Part shown: positions 9,549 to 19,149 of the stretch, piece after piece
Position numbering within the stretch: position 1 is the stretch's first letter
Layout: every line of letters starts with the position of its first letter
NCBI GenBank assembly: GCA_963778115.1
Contig: CAVZSV010000004.1
Coordinates: 928,001-992,000, forward strand
Reading direction: 5' to 3'
DNA length: 64,000 nucleotides
DNA from: an uncultured delta proteobacterium
GTDB lineage: Bacteria > Bdellovibrionota > FAC87 > UBA2466
Program-made: the position numbers and the translations under genes
Notes under the pieces: model-generated
What the model saw: the letters and a program-made list of their open reading frames with translations, nothing else
The model's database searches: none
What the model was told of the DNA's origin: nothing

Positions 9549-11641
9549 AAAAATACCGAAGCCGTCGCTTGAATATTCAAAGGAGTTCCGGAAATGAAAT
9601 TGACGTCTTGTTCTGCCGCGGCTTCCGTTGATAAACGAGAGGTTCCTAAGGTTTCTAGCTCTCTCCATTGCGTATTGAAAAGATTAAGAGCCCCAAGACT
9701 AATCTCGAAAGCCTTCGCGCGGTAGCCTAACATCGCATCCACTCTGAGATAACCGTCCGCCGTCACCGATCCGTCGGTAGTGGCCGCCATCTGCCCGACT
9801 TGGGTCAGTGCTAACCTGGCAAAGTAACCTTTCGGGTGCTTGGCCACCAAACTCGCTGACGCCACCATCGAAGGGGTAAACGGAACGCAATTATTATTGC
9901 CCGGCATATTGTCTAAAGTTGCTTTATCCAAAGTGACAGCCCCTTCCACGGCCAACCATTCAAGAAGCTGATACTTCACCCGCCCTTCAACTCCCCAACG
10001 CGTGTTAGGCCCTATCGTGGCCAGAGTTTCATAGAGCGGATCATAGGCTAATTCCGTTCCTATTCCCAAAGAGAACCCGGTAACCTCCCACTTCCAACGA
10101 TCGGTCTTTGCCGTCACTCCCATTTCGTAGCTAGCCACTCGGGTCACATAGTTGTCTTTGTCGCCAGACAACAAAACGGCTTGGGCATCATTCGTATGAT
10201 AAGAGAGGCCCGTACGCAGAAAGATCTCCACATTTTTGGAGGGCATCACTACAATTCCTGTCTTGGGGGCTGCCACTAGCACCGTATCGCCGCCACTAGG
10301 GCCGATATCGTGAGTGCTCCTATCGTCATCGACGTTATAGGCCAGCATTTCGACACGAAGAGCAGCAATACTTTTTAGCCACTTTGTCCAATAGATGTCT
10401 TGTTCGGCATAGGCGGCCGCATTCTTGGTTTGGATGTTATCGGCAGCAACATTCGATAGTCTCACTCGGGAATCGTCGGCATAGACCGATCGTGAAATAA
10501 GATCTGCCCGTAACTGAACGCCCAAGTAGGTATCAAAGCCTATCTCACTCTTTCTTTGATCGATGCGATACGTTCCGTTAATTCCCAAGATAGTTCTGTC
10601 GTCGATTCCTTCACGCTCATCCCCCGTAGTCGAATTAAGAGCGAAAAGAGACTCGTTGGAGAAGACCGTAAAGTCGGAGCGAGTCGCATAACCCGTTAAC
10701 GTCAACGTTTGATCTCGAGCGGTCGGCGTCTTATACACAGCCACTCCGCCAAATCTTTGAGTACTTCCCCCCTGTGAAGGGTCGAGAGAGGCCAAAGAGC
10801 TGACACCGCCGGTAATGACCGCTCGGGTGGGCAAAAATCCAGGAGTATTCCAATCCGAGGAGTGACCCATGAAGGTCAAAGAGAGTTCAGTTCCGTGGGA
10901 ATCAAAAGCGTGGGTCAATCGCGTGAAAAGATTGTAGCGCGAAAGCCCTTCCGAATTTTGGTAGGGGCCAGCCGTTTTATAGTACTCAGCGGCCACAAGG
11001 GGCTGCCAGCTTCCCCCGGCCGAAGCGAGGGCTACTCCTCGCAGGCTACTATCCATTCCCGAACCCAGCATAAGAGCGCTTTGAGGAAGCTGGCGGCGCA
11101 AAATAATGTCGGCCGAGCCCACCGCGCCAAAATCACCGAGGGAAGGGTTAAGCCCTCCTCGCTCTACGTTTACGGTTTCTACCAGTTCTGGAATCACGAA
11201 GTGAAGATCCGCGTAGCCCTGAGAACGGACTTGGCTGGGATTATTTACCGAAATGCCGTCAACCGAAACAGAGATATCCTTTCCCTGCCCTGCATTCACG
11301 CCGCGCATGAAATACGAATCCGCCTCTCCGTCGGTTCGAATGGAGGAGGTAAGAGAATTAACCCCGTTAAGAGGAAACAGAGGGCTCCAATGGGAAAGAT
11401 TGAGATCTCGAGATTCTACTTGAAGGGGAGTTTCCGCTTCTCGCCTATCGGCGCGCGCTTTTAACATCTCTTCTCTAAGACGCGAAGCTTCAGCCGAAAT
11501 ATCGGCTTCACTCATCTGCTGATGATCGGTCTTGGAATCGACGCCCTGAAACTCCGCCAAAGAGTCACCGAGAGCCTCGGATTGGAGGAAAACACAAGCT
11601 AGGGCACAGACCATCCCTACAATCCCCACCCCTTGACGCAT
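9545..11641 (-). CDS. TonB-dependent outer membrane receptor
   Basis: Signal peptide, plug motifs 'YFMRG...SVDGISVN...QGYADLHFVIPELVETVNVERG', 'NLFN' near the end, C-terminal Phe. Start placed at ATG 11641 after a GGGGGA RBS. Confidence 0.88.
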   Translation of the reverse strand: MRQGVGIVGMVCALACVFLQSEALGDSLAEFQGVDSKTDHQQMSEADISAEASRLREEMLKARADRREAETPLQVESRDLNLSHWSPLFPLNGVNSLTSSIRTDGEADSYFMRGVNAGQGKDISVSVDGISVNNPSQVRSQGYADLHFVIPELVETVNVERGGLNPSLGDFGAVGSADIILRRQLPQSALMLGSGMDSSLRGVALASAGGSWQPLVAAEYYKTAGPYQNSEGLSRYNLFTRLTHAFDSHGTELSLTFMGHSSDWNTPGFLPTRAVITGGVSSLASLDPSQGGSTQRFGGVAVYKTPTARDQTLTLTGYATRSDFTVFSNESLFALNSTTGDEREGIDDRTILGINGTYRIDQRKSEIGFDTYLGVQLRADLISRSVYADDSRVRLSNVAADNIQTKNAAAYAEQDIYWTKWLKSIAALRVEMLAYNVDDDRSTHDIGPSGGDTVLVAAPKTGIVVMPSKNVEIFLRTGLSYHTNDAQAVLLSGDKDNYVTRVASYEMGVTAKTDRWKWEVTGFSLGIGTELAYDPLYETLATIGPNTRWGVEGRVKYQLLEWLAVEGAVTLDKATLDNMPGNNNCVPFTPSMVASASLVAKHPKGYFARLALTQVGQMAATTDGSVTADGYLRVDAMLGYRAKAFEISLGALNLFNTQWRELETLGTSRLSTEAAAEQDVNFISGTPLNIQATASVFF

Positions 11642-11701
11642 GCTTTCCCCCTGTCGGCTGATTATGACAACGCGGGACTGTGCCAGCAAGAGGATTAAGG
11701 A

Positions 11702-13252
11702 TTAATCCTGAGTCAAAGCATAACCATCTTGAGTACATACCAAATCGTACTTGGCGTTATCCTTCTCAATAGCCAATAGCTTGCTTAGACTATCCTGCCG
11801 GGCCGCTTCTTCCGTATCTCCAGATCCAATCAGCTTTGCATTGTTACGAGCGAGGAAATAACTATCATGGCCCTGATAATAACCTCGACAGATCCAGCCC
11901 GGCTTAAATTTAACCCTCCGGGGTTTTTGCCCTCGCTCGCACGTTACGCTTCCTTGGGCTATCTCGCCGCGGGTCGTAGGATAGTCTTCGGCACTTTTCC
12001 CCTCGGCATGGATCGTTTTGCTTTCCGTGGCCGCATAAACAGCCGCACATTTTTTCGATAAGGCCTGTCTAGCGTTCCAAGCAAAAAGACCGGCCGACGC
12101 CGCAAGCGCAGTTCCCGTAATGAAGTTTTCGTGCATATAAGCTCGTTCGGCACCGGGAGGAATGGGCCCGTCGATAAAGACGTAGGACCTTTCAGTTCGA
12201 GTCACCGGATCGTATGACCAGACCAAGGACTCTGTTCCAGTGGCCAAATAGAAGGAGTAGCCTTTACAAAATCCGGTGCAGTACCACTTTTGGTTTTTAT
12301 TCTCTTCCGTGTTTATCGTTTGATCCGTATCATCGTCGCTTATGCAAAAAGAGACCGTCGGCTTGGAAAAATCCGACTCCCTCATGGGATTGGCGGTTTC
12401 ATCAAACCCTTTGGGAAACCCTTCGGGAAGTTTCTTGATATGCACACGATTTAGGGAGACGGGATTCCCCGGGTTTACTATCGCCCAGACCGGAATAGAA
12501 CGTTCTGGCCATTCCAGAGTGAGATCTTGGAAAAAGATCTGCCCACTATCATCAACTTTCCAATACTCCGTTTTGTGGCCGAGTTTACCCTCGCCGTTTT
12601 TGCCCTGAAACATTTCTAAGATTTCGGCTTTCAGTGGAGTTCTCCACGGGAAGCTGCAAAACTCATTATTTTCTGTTTGATTAAGCCCTTGTTGGAACTT
12701 CCAGCTTTGTCCTGCACTCCGCCAGATCACCGGTTTGGAGAAAGATTTCGTAACTTTCAAGTAGGTAACCCTTTGGTGGCTCGAATTGAGAGTCCTCGTC
12801 CGCTCGGGTGCTAGGTATTCCAAAATCTGGGTATCGCCTTGCACTTTGAGGCCTAGGGTTTTCGCAAAAATTTGGGCCTCGTGATCTTCCAAGTCATTCT
12901 TGGAAGCGGTTCGGTTCGCCAAAACCCTCTGGCGACGACGCAGATGCCACTGAATCGAATACTCAGCGGTGTTTAGCGAAGCTTCCGACTCGGGCACTCC
13001 GTTTAAAAGATTTAGATGCTTCGAGTAGTCCGCGTACGCAATGGAAAACGGCTGTGGATAACGCGAGGCACATTTTCGCGTTAGCGGTTGGGACGAATTC
13101 GCCGAGCACTCCCTATAATTAACTTGCCCGTTTTCCAGATAGACGATTTTGGGGACCGGTCCGTCGGAGTCCAGAAGGATATCCGCAAATGCCTCTATTC
13201 CAGCTAATAAACCAAGACCTAAACAAACCGCCTTGCACGTTTCCAAGCGCAT
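11702..13252 (-). CDS. Hypothetical secreted Cys-containing protein
   Basis: 516 aa, signal peptide 'IEAFA-DI', GGAGG RBS. Two similar segments 'WYCTGFCKG' and 'WICRGYYQG'. Confidence 0.7.
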   Translation of the reverse strand: MRLETCKAVCLGLGLLAGIEAFADILLDSDGPVPKIVYLENGQVNYRECSANSSQPLTRKCASRYPQPFSIAYADYSKHLNLLNGVPESEASLNTAEYSIQWHLRRRQRVLANRTASKNDLEDHEAQIFAKTLGLKVQGDTQILEYLAPERTRTLNSSHQRVTYLKVTKSFSKPVIWRSAGQSWKFQQGLNQTENNEFCSFPWRTPLKAEILEMFQGKNGEGKLGHKTEYWKVDDSGQIFFQDLTLEWPERSIPVWAIVNPGNPVSLNRVHIKKLPEGFPKGFDETANPMRESDFSKPTVSFCISDDDTDQTINTEENKNQKWYCTGFCKGYSFYLATGTESLVWSYDPVTRTERSYVFIDGPIPPGAERAYMHENFITGTALAASAGLFAWNARQALSKKCAAVYAATESKTIHAEGKSAEDYPTTRGEIAQGSVTCERGQKPRRVKFKPGWICRGYYQGHDSYFLARNNAKLIGSGDTEEAARQDSLSKLLAIEKDNAKYDLVCTQDGYALTQD

Positions 13253-13507
13253 GGAACCTCCACTGATGGGGCACGCTTATCATGCGTCGCGTCATAAGTA
13301 AAAGCCGCCTCGGTTCTGGAAATACAGAGTATCCAACGAGCATACGTCGTATGCCCAAACAACCGATTGCCCTAAATTGTCACCTTCCGCGCATTCTCAA
13401 AGTGGATAGCCGCATTTCGTGCGGGAACGGACTGGCAAGCTGACGCATGGTTTTTGCTTTCCAAAGGAACGAACGGTTTCTCAAGGTGAAAGGAAGTTGG
13501 AGCTGCT

Positions 13508-14536
13508 ATGCGGTTGTCTTTGAAATCGCCGTTTCTAAATACGGCGTTGGGGTTAATTGCCATCCTGGCAGTAAGTGCCTGCGGAAACAACAATAACTCC
13601 AACCTTCAATCGGGTACTGCCAACACCCCTTTGCCCGCCAATACCACGAGACTTCAGTTTATCGAACAGTTTCCTGTTTTGAATTCTGATCAAACCCTTA
13701 GTCGGCCCTTGATTCAGGGCGTAGGAACGACTCCAGTAGGAGTTCTGTTGGGTTTTCTGCCGGACAATACGGTTTCCTACTGCACGATCACCCACATTAC
13801 TCCGGGCAGAGTTTTAACTAACGCCCACTGTGTCGAATCGGACAGTAATCCTTTGGATTATTATGTGCTGTTTTACAATCAAGCAGGCCAACAGATTTCA
13901 ACGGGGGTGGTCGATTTTCGCTCCGTGGGAAGCAGCCAAAACGCGGATTACGCCGTCCTTGATATCCCCTCCGTGGCGGCTGCTCAGTGGGATACTGCGG
14001 GCGCACAACTCAATGTGCTGGGAGGAATCAACGCTCAACCCGCCCAATCAGTACCCGTTACCATTTGGAGTTTCGATCCGATCAACACCCAGGACGCTAA
14101 CGGCAACTACATCTATTCCAATTTGTACCAGCAGTATAACCAACACGCGGGAATGATCTTAAATCCAAAGACCTGTTCAGGGTCTCGAACTATTCCTCAA
14201 GTCTATGGATACGGCGGACAGTCGTCGCAAGACGGTACCGCTATCACCGCGGCGCAAGTGAACGCAAATATTCATGTGATGTTGGACGGCTGCACTGTCA
14301 ATGGAGGCATGAATCCGGTGCATGGAAATAGCGGCTCACTGATGACGATTGCCGGTAACTTCAACTTGAAAGTAGGCGTCTATCACTGGGGTATAGGATT
14401 AAGCGATCCTACCGTCTATGGTTCGTACCAATACTTCGGCAACGCGAACCAGTGGCTAACCCTGCAACCCTACGCCGGTCTCGAATTCTACCAAGTAGGA
14501 ACTTCGATAGATCAATTCGCCCAATTCTTTTATTAG
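13508..14536 (+). CDS. Trypsin-like (S1) serine protease lipoprotein
   Basis: Lipobox VSAC. Catalytic triad motifs TNAHC, DYAVL and GNSGS. Confidence 0.88.
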   Translation: MRLSLKSPFLNTALGLIAILAVSACGNNNNSNLQSGTANTPLPANTTRLQFIEQFPVLNSDQTLSRPLIQGVGTTPVGVLLGFLPDNTVSYCTITHITPGRVLTNAHCVESDSNPLDYYVLFYNQAGQQISTGVVDFRSVGSSQNADYAVLDIPSVAAAQWDTAGAQLNVLGGINAQPAQSVPVTIWSFDPINTQDANGNYIYSNLYQQYNQHAGMILNPKTCSGSRTIPQVYGYGGQSSQDGTAITAAQVNANIHVMLDGCTVNGGMNPVHGNSGSLMTIAGNFNLKVGVYHWGIGLSDPTVYGSYQYFGNANQWLTLQPYAGLEFYQVGTSIDQFAQFFY

Positions 14537-15009
14537 ATTTTTTCTGGACTTCCCAAAGCTAGAACTTTCTTAAACTCCGAAGCCGTGACTGGCTGGACGG
14601 ATAGTCTTGAACCATTTTTCAATACCATCATGTCTTTCAGACCGGGCTCGGCTTTCATCAGAGAACGCGTAACCAGGGTCTTCATCTTATGAGTCGCCTT
14701 AACATCCACCATAATCCAGGGAGACTCCGCTGTTTTTTTGGCGCGCTCGTCATAGTAAGGACTTTTGGGATCTAAAGCCGTTTGATCCGGATAACCGGCC
14801 TTTACCACTTCAGCCACCCCCGCCACGGCGGGATCATCGGTGTTGCTGTGGTAAATCAGGACTTGATCTCCCACTTTGAAATTGTCTCGCATCAAATTGC
14901 GCGCTTGGTAGTTGCGAACCCCCTCCCAATGCGTAGTCCGTTTGGGCGAGTTCATCAGATCCTCGAAAGAAAAAACGTCCGGTTCCGTTTTCATCAACCA
15001 AAATGCCAT
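14533..15009 (-). CDS. EVE domain protein (PUA-like)
   Basis: 'FWLMKTEP', 'WEGVRNYQARN', 'GDQVLIYHS', 'SRLSVQPV'. Confidence 0.95.
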   Translation of the reverse strand: MAFWLMKTEPDVFSFEDLMNSPKRTTHWEGVRNYQARNLMRDNFKVGDQVLIYHSNTDDPAVAGVAEVVKAGYPDQTALDPKSPYYDERAKKTAESPWIMVDVKATHKMKTLVTRSLMKAEPGLKDMMVLKNGSRLSVQPVTASEFKKVLALGSPEKI

Positions 15010-15086
15010 GAGAGTCGATAGCACAGTCTGTTTAGGACTTCAAAAAAAGCAGACGGTCTGATCTTCGGGCGTGGGTGGATGGACTA

Positions 15087-15109
15087 ATGACGCCCCCAAG
15101 GAGCGCTCC
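15087..15109. repeat. Degenerate third copy of the REP-like repeat
   Basis: ATGACGCCCCCAAGGAGCGCTCC versus ATGACGCTCCGAAGGAGCGCTCC at 24803-24825 (2 mismatches). Intergenic. Confidence 0.6.
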
Positions 15110-15238
15110 TTTAATGTGACAAAGAGCAGGAATGGAATAAGTTCAGCTATCTTATCGAACCCTTAAGGGAAATCCTATTATCACAGACGCCCTATTGAAA
15201 CTCCCTTTTCAACCTGCTAGGTTGGCGCACCTTTTTTA

Positions 15239-17491
15239 TTGGCGGTGAACGTGCGCTTTCTTCTAGCTGTTGCCCTATTTTTCTCTGCTCTGGGTAGAGC
15301 AGACTTATTGATCGAACCTGAAAATGCCCACGACTTCGGGCTATCGTTCAGCCAAAACGCGAATGTTTTCCGAATCACTCCCGACGATATCCCTTGGATG
15401 GATGGAGACGTCTTGCGCGAGCGGTATGAGCTATTTCGAGGCCATAGCGATGATGAAATAAAACTCTTCCTATCTGGGCAACCCGTAGCCCATTTAACCG
15501 CTCTGCAATCCGCGTGGGACGGAATCTTGATGGAAGTCCAGGCCGAGCCGATAGGTCAAATCGAAGTCACCCATCCGGTGCATTACGTCCGGGGTGATTT
15601 TATTCAGATGGTCATTCAAAGCTTATTCGGGGCTCAGGTCATCGGCAATTTGGACGGAAAAGGCTCGGGGCTAAGTCCCGAGGGAGAGGCTATGTTAAGA
15701 GCCTATGAACGACCGCTTGCCTACATCCTCGGCAAGGATCCGTTTCCCGAAGATTTTAGGACGGATTTCTCTATTCATCACATGATCTCCGATTTGAACC
15801 GCGCCATCGTCGCCTTTCGAACTACCAAAGCCGCGATTGAAGCAGCCATCCAAAAAGCAAAAACGGAGGAAGAGATCCGAGGCTGGAAACACTCGCTAGC
15901 TCAGCGCGCGGAGCTCCCGCTGCAATTCGCACAACTGCTAAGAGCGAATTTGCGTCGACTGACATCGGGAATGAAAGTTACGGAGGCCGATCGCAAAACC
16001 CTACTTCAGCTATTGCGTAGTATGGACTATACCCACGGCCTCTTTCCCTTAGAGCGTGGATTTAAGGAGAGCATGATGGGAGTTGCCCATCAAATAACCT
16101 TCGATCGGTACAACAAAGTGCACGGAACCGATTTCAAAATTATTCGCCCCATGTTCTTAGTAAAGCTCCCTGTCCAGATTCTTCTGGCCAACGGACAAAA
16201 ACAACAGGCGGGAATATTATACCGAGAGCCCCATTGGCGGGCCTATTCGAATTTCGACGTATTCCGCTCCCAAATGCCGTCCGACATTGTGGGTGGCGTT
16301 TTAAGGGGCGGCATGCAATTTGACATCTTCGGTCGAATGGTGGATTTGGAGCTGCCGGAAATTAAGCTTCCCCCTCTCTCCAGCATTACCGGTTTCGACT
16401 CCGCCACGGGAACGCATCCCATCGATTTTAAGGCAACGATGGCAACTCGGGCTTACCTCAGTGGCGACAAAACGGCGATGCCAAAACTCGAAGCTGAAAT
16501 TCGCTCTTTGGCCTCAAAGATCATTATTCCTTCTGTTCCTTCCCACAAGCCTCCCAAATATCCGCAAAGAGAGGCTCAATTTAGAACAGTGCTAAACGAA
16601 GTCGCCAAGCAAAGCAGACAGGCTCCTTCGGAATCTTTAGTGGCCGAGCTTAGAGAACTTCTTCTAACGACCGAAGTTATCAATGAACGCAAAGAGGTTT
16701 TGCTCCTGAAAATAATTGAACGTAATTTGGATATGGGAAGCAAACTTTTAATGGAAGTGATCGATTGGGAAATGCAGCGAAGTCTCGATGCTGCCAAGAG
16801 ACGACGTCAGACGGTACAAGTCGATGGACGTTGGCTCGCAGGCCCCATTCGCAATATTCTCTTTTCCATGGACCCCACTGAGATGATGGGAGGAAATTCC
16901 GAGGGAGGAGTTTCAGCGGGAAGAGCTTTTATTAGAGAGCTGAGGACCCGTCACAAGACCCTCTATCATTCGCTCCAGCATCTCTCGACGGGACTATTCA
17001 AAAAGATTTTCTTATTGGTTGGGATTCCTATTGACCAAATTTATGAAGGACACCCTCTGTGCACCGTCTGCCAGACCGCGGTCGATCTCGTCTTGCATAT
17101 GCAAGAATCCCTCGCCGAAGAGACGGAGACCGAAAGAGCAGAAGAAAAGTGGGATAAAGTTTTTTCAGTCACGATTCAGGGACAAGAGTTATCCGTGAAG
17201 GAGTTCTGGGCACGCATTGGAACCCTCTTCGGCTTGCAACAGGCCGCAATTATCGTTGCGGGGATAATGAGCGGAGAGGTCGTCCATGATCGGATCTTAG
17301 AGTACCTCGATCCCCAGGATACTTCCCGTATCCGTGCCGCCCATGCCGAAGCCCGTGCTCAACTCGAGGCCATGAAACCTCAGATAGAAGCGATGAAAGA
17401 GATGCAGCGGATGGCTGAGTCCTGCGGCGGACAGGTGATGATGGTAGGCAATCAGCCTTTCGTCATTATCAGTGGCGGAAAACGCAGGTAA
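15239..17491 (+). CDS. Large hypothetical secreted protein
   Basis: 750-aa ORF with signal peptide 'SALGRA-DL'. No recognised family. Start uncertain (TTG 15239 or nearby GTG). Confidence 0.7.
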   Translation: MAVNVRFLLAVALFFSALGRADLLIEPENAHDFGLSFSQNANVFRITPDDIPWMDGDVLRERYELFRGHSDDEIKLFLSGQPVAHLTALQSAWDGILMEVQAEPIGQIEVTHPVHYVRGDFIQMVIQSLFGAQVIGNLDGKGSGLSPEGEAMLRAYERPLAYILGKDPFPEDFRTDFSIHHMISDLNRAIVAFRTTKAAIEAAIQKAKTEEEIRGWKHSLAQRAELPLQFAQLLRANLRRLTSGMKVTEADRKTLLQLLRSMDYTHGLFPLERGFKESMMGVAHQITFDRYNKVHGTDFKIIRPMFLVKLPVQILLANGQKQQAGILYREPHWRAYSNFDVFRSQMPSDIVGGVLRGGMQFDIFGRMVDLELPEIKLPPLSSITGFDSATGTHPIDFKATMATRAYLSGDKTAMPKLEAEIRSLASKIIIPSVPSHKPPKYPQREAQFRTVLNEVAKQSRQAPSESLVAELRELLLTTEVINERKEVLLLKIIERNLDMGSKLLMEVIDWEMQRSLDAAKRRRQTVQVDGRWLAGPIRNILFSMDPTEMMGGNSEGGVSAGRAFIRELRTRHKTLYHSLQHLSTGLFKKIFLLVGIPIDQIYEGHPLCTVCQTAVDLVLHMQESLAEETETERAEEKWDKVFSVTIQGQELSVKEFWARIGTLFGLQQAAIIVAGIMSGEVVHDRILEYLDPQDTSRIRAAHAEARAQLEAMKPQIEAMKEMQRMAESCGGQVMMVGNQPFVIISGGKRR

Positions 17492-17644
17492 TCCTGTTTT
17501 TACACTCCCAGGAAAAAATTCTCTGGTGTCAGATTGTCTCCGTGATGGCACGAAAGCCCCTAAATGGGTTCGAAATTGGGTCAGTTTCGGGACAGTGTGC
17601 CTAAAATTGGGGGAAGCTACGCACGAATGGGCTCGAATAGGCAA

Positions 17645-17660
17645 TGGCACGCGCGTTGCA
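17645..17660 (+). promoter_or_regulatory. Sigma-54 (-24/-12) promoter
   Basis: TGGCACGCGCGTTGCA is an exact match to the consensus TGGCACG-N4-TTGCW. Confidence 0.8.
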
Positions 17661-17671
17661 CTAGAGTCTTA

Positions 17672-17878
17672 CCGAGATGGATACGTTGAAAACAAATTCG
17701 GTAACGGAAACGGGAGAAGCAAAAAGAACCGACACTTCATTATTCTGCTATACCCTTCGTCATCTTCCAAATTCCTTCCTAACGGCCGCACTGGATGCGC
17801 CCGTTACTCTACATAACGGTTCACTGCAAGCTCCCGTTTCCGATCCGTCTCCCTCTCGACACTTCTCTTTTCTTTCTT
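17672..17878 (+). ncRNA. Candidate structured small RNA, sigma-54 dependent, family unknown
   Basis: Nested long-range helices 17674-82/17843-51, 17705-16/17831-42, 17726-31/17817-22, plus apical hairpin 17780-17806. Starts at the expected sigma-54 TSS and ends in a U-rich tract. Confidence 0.55.
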
Positions 17879-17903
17879 AATCGCATAAGCGAATATCTCG
17901 TAT

Positions 17904-19055
17904 ATGAAAGACGAATCCTTAGTAAATCACCCTCCCAAAGTTAACGTTAATCCCGGCAATCCGCCGCTCGTGTCCCCTATTTATCAAAGTGTTAAGTTCA
18001 CCGTGGAATCGGTTGAGATGCTTGGAGATCCTGAGAATTTTTTCTATTCTCGCATCAGCAATCCCACGGTACGCCAGTTGGAGCTTATGGTTGCCCAGCT
18101 CCAAGGGGGCGAAGACGCCATCGCCGTATCCAGTGGAATTGCCGCTATCTCAAGTTGCCTCATCAGCCTTCTAAAATCGGGCGATCACGTGATTCTCTTT
18201 GTGGAGTCCTATAAGCCAACACGTTTTTTGGTCCTTAATCTCTTAAAAAAGTTCGGGGTCACTTCAAGCCTGCTCTCCCTTCACGACACGGCGGGTTTTG
18301 TGAAAGCATTGAAGCAACACCCGACTCGGCTTGTCTTACTAGAATGCCCGACCAACCCCATGACCCGAATCCCGGATCTCGATTTTATTACTCAGACGGC
18401 TCGATCCCATGGGGCGTTGACCCTTTTGGACAATACGTTTGCGGGAATTCATAACTTGGGGAAGACCCAGGTCGATCTGTTCGTCCATAGCCTGACAAAA
18501 TTTGGCAACGGCCACGGCGATGTTCTGGGAGGGATCATCGTAGGCGCCAAAAAACTTATCAGTGGGATCCGTCAGGATTATATTTGCCTGGGGCCCGTTC
18601 TGGATCCCCATGCAGCCTACTTGATCTTGCGAGGGCTAAAAACGTATTTTCTACGCTTCGAACGTCAGAGTAGAAACGCCGGCGAAGTGGCCCAATGGCT
18701 ATCGAAGCATCCTAACGCCGACAAGGTCTTTTACCCGGGACTGGAATCCCACCCCGAACATGAACGTGCCAAAAAACTCCTCAAAGACTTTGGAGCTATT
18801 ATTGCCTTTGACGTGAAGGGGGACGGAGCGACCGCGATGGCCTTTTTAAATCGCCTGAAGATGGTTCCCGTAGCAGCAAGCTTAGGATCCACCGATTCTC
18901 TGGCAACCCCCGCCAAACTGTTTTTTGCGAGCGACTTTGATGCCGATAAGCTTCTACTCTCTGGAATCACGGACAAGACCGTGCGGCTTTCGATTGGAAT
19001 TGAAGCCATCGAAGATATTCTGGCGGATTTGGATCAGGCATTAAGAAATATTTAA
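17904..19055 (+). CDS. Cys/Met metabolism PLP-dependent enzyme (cystathionine gamma-synthase/lyase family)
   Basis: 'YSRISNPT', 'SSGIAAI', 'ECPTNP', 'DNTF', PLP-lysine motif 'HSLTKFGNGHGD', 'VRLSIGIE'. Confidence 0.93.
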   Translation: MKDESLVNHPPKVNVNPGNPPLVSPIYQSVKFTVESVEMLGDPENFFYSRISNPTVRQLELMVAQLQGGEDAIAVSSGIAAISSCLISLLKSGDHVILFVESYKPTRFLVLNLLKKFGVTSSLLSLHDTAGFVKALKQHPTRLVLLECPTNPMTRIPDLDFITQTARSHGALTLLDNTFAGIHNLGKTQVDLFVHSLTKFGNGHGDVLGGIIVGAKKLISGIRQDYICLGPVLDPHAAYLILRGLKTYFLRFERQSRNAGEVAQWLSKHPNADKVFYPGLESHPEHERAKKLLKDFGAIIAFDVKGDGATAMAFLNRLKMVPVAASLGSTDSLATPAKLFFASDFDADKLLLSGITDKTVRLSIGIEAIEDILADLDQALRNI

Positions 19056-19149
19056 CCTGCCGCGTCGCTCCGCCCCTCGCCACGACCCTCCGCTTCGATT
19101 AAACTAATAAGCAGCGCCCGCTACTTGTTTTTCTCGGGGTAAAGATCAC

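Noticed and set aside
14533..15009. EVE domain as part of a modification-dependent restriction system
   Set aside because: Stand-alone EVE with no adjacent nuclease or ATPase.
17677..17880. 67-aa ORF MDTLKTNSV... right after the sigma-54 promoter
   Set aside because: No RBS or recognisable motif, and extensive base pairing explains the region better. Not fully excluded as a near-leaderless peptide.
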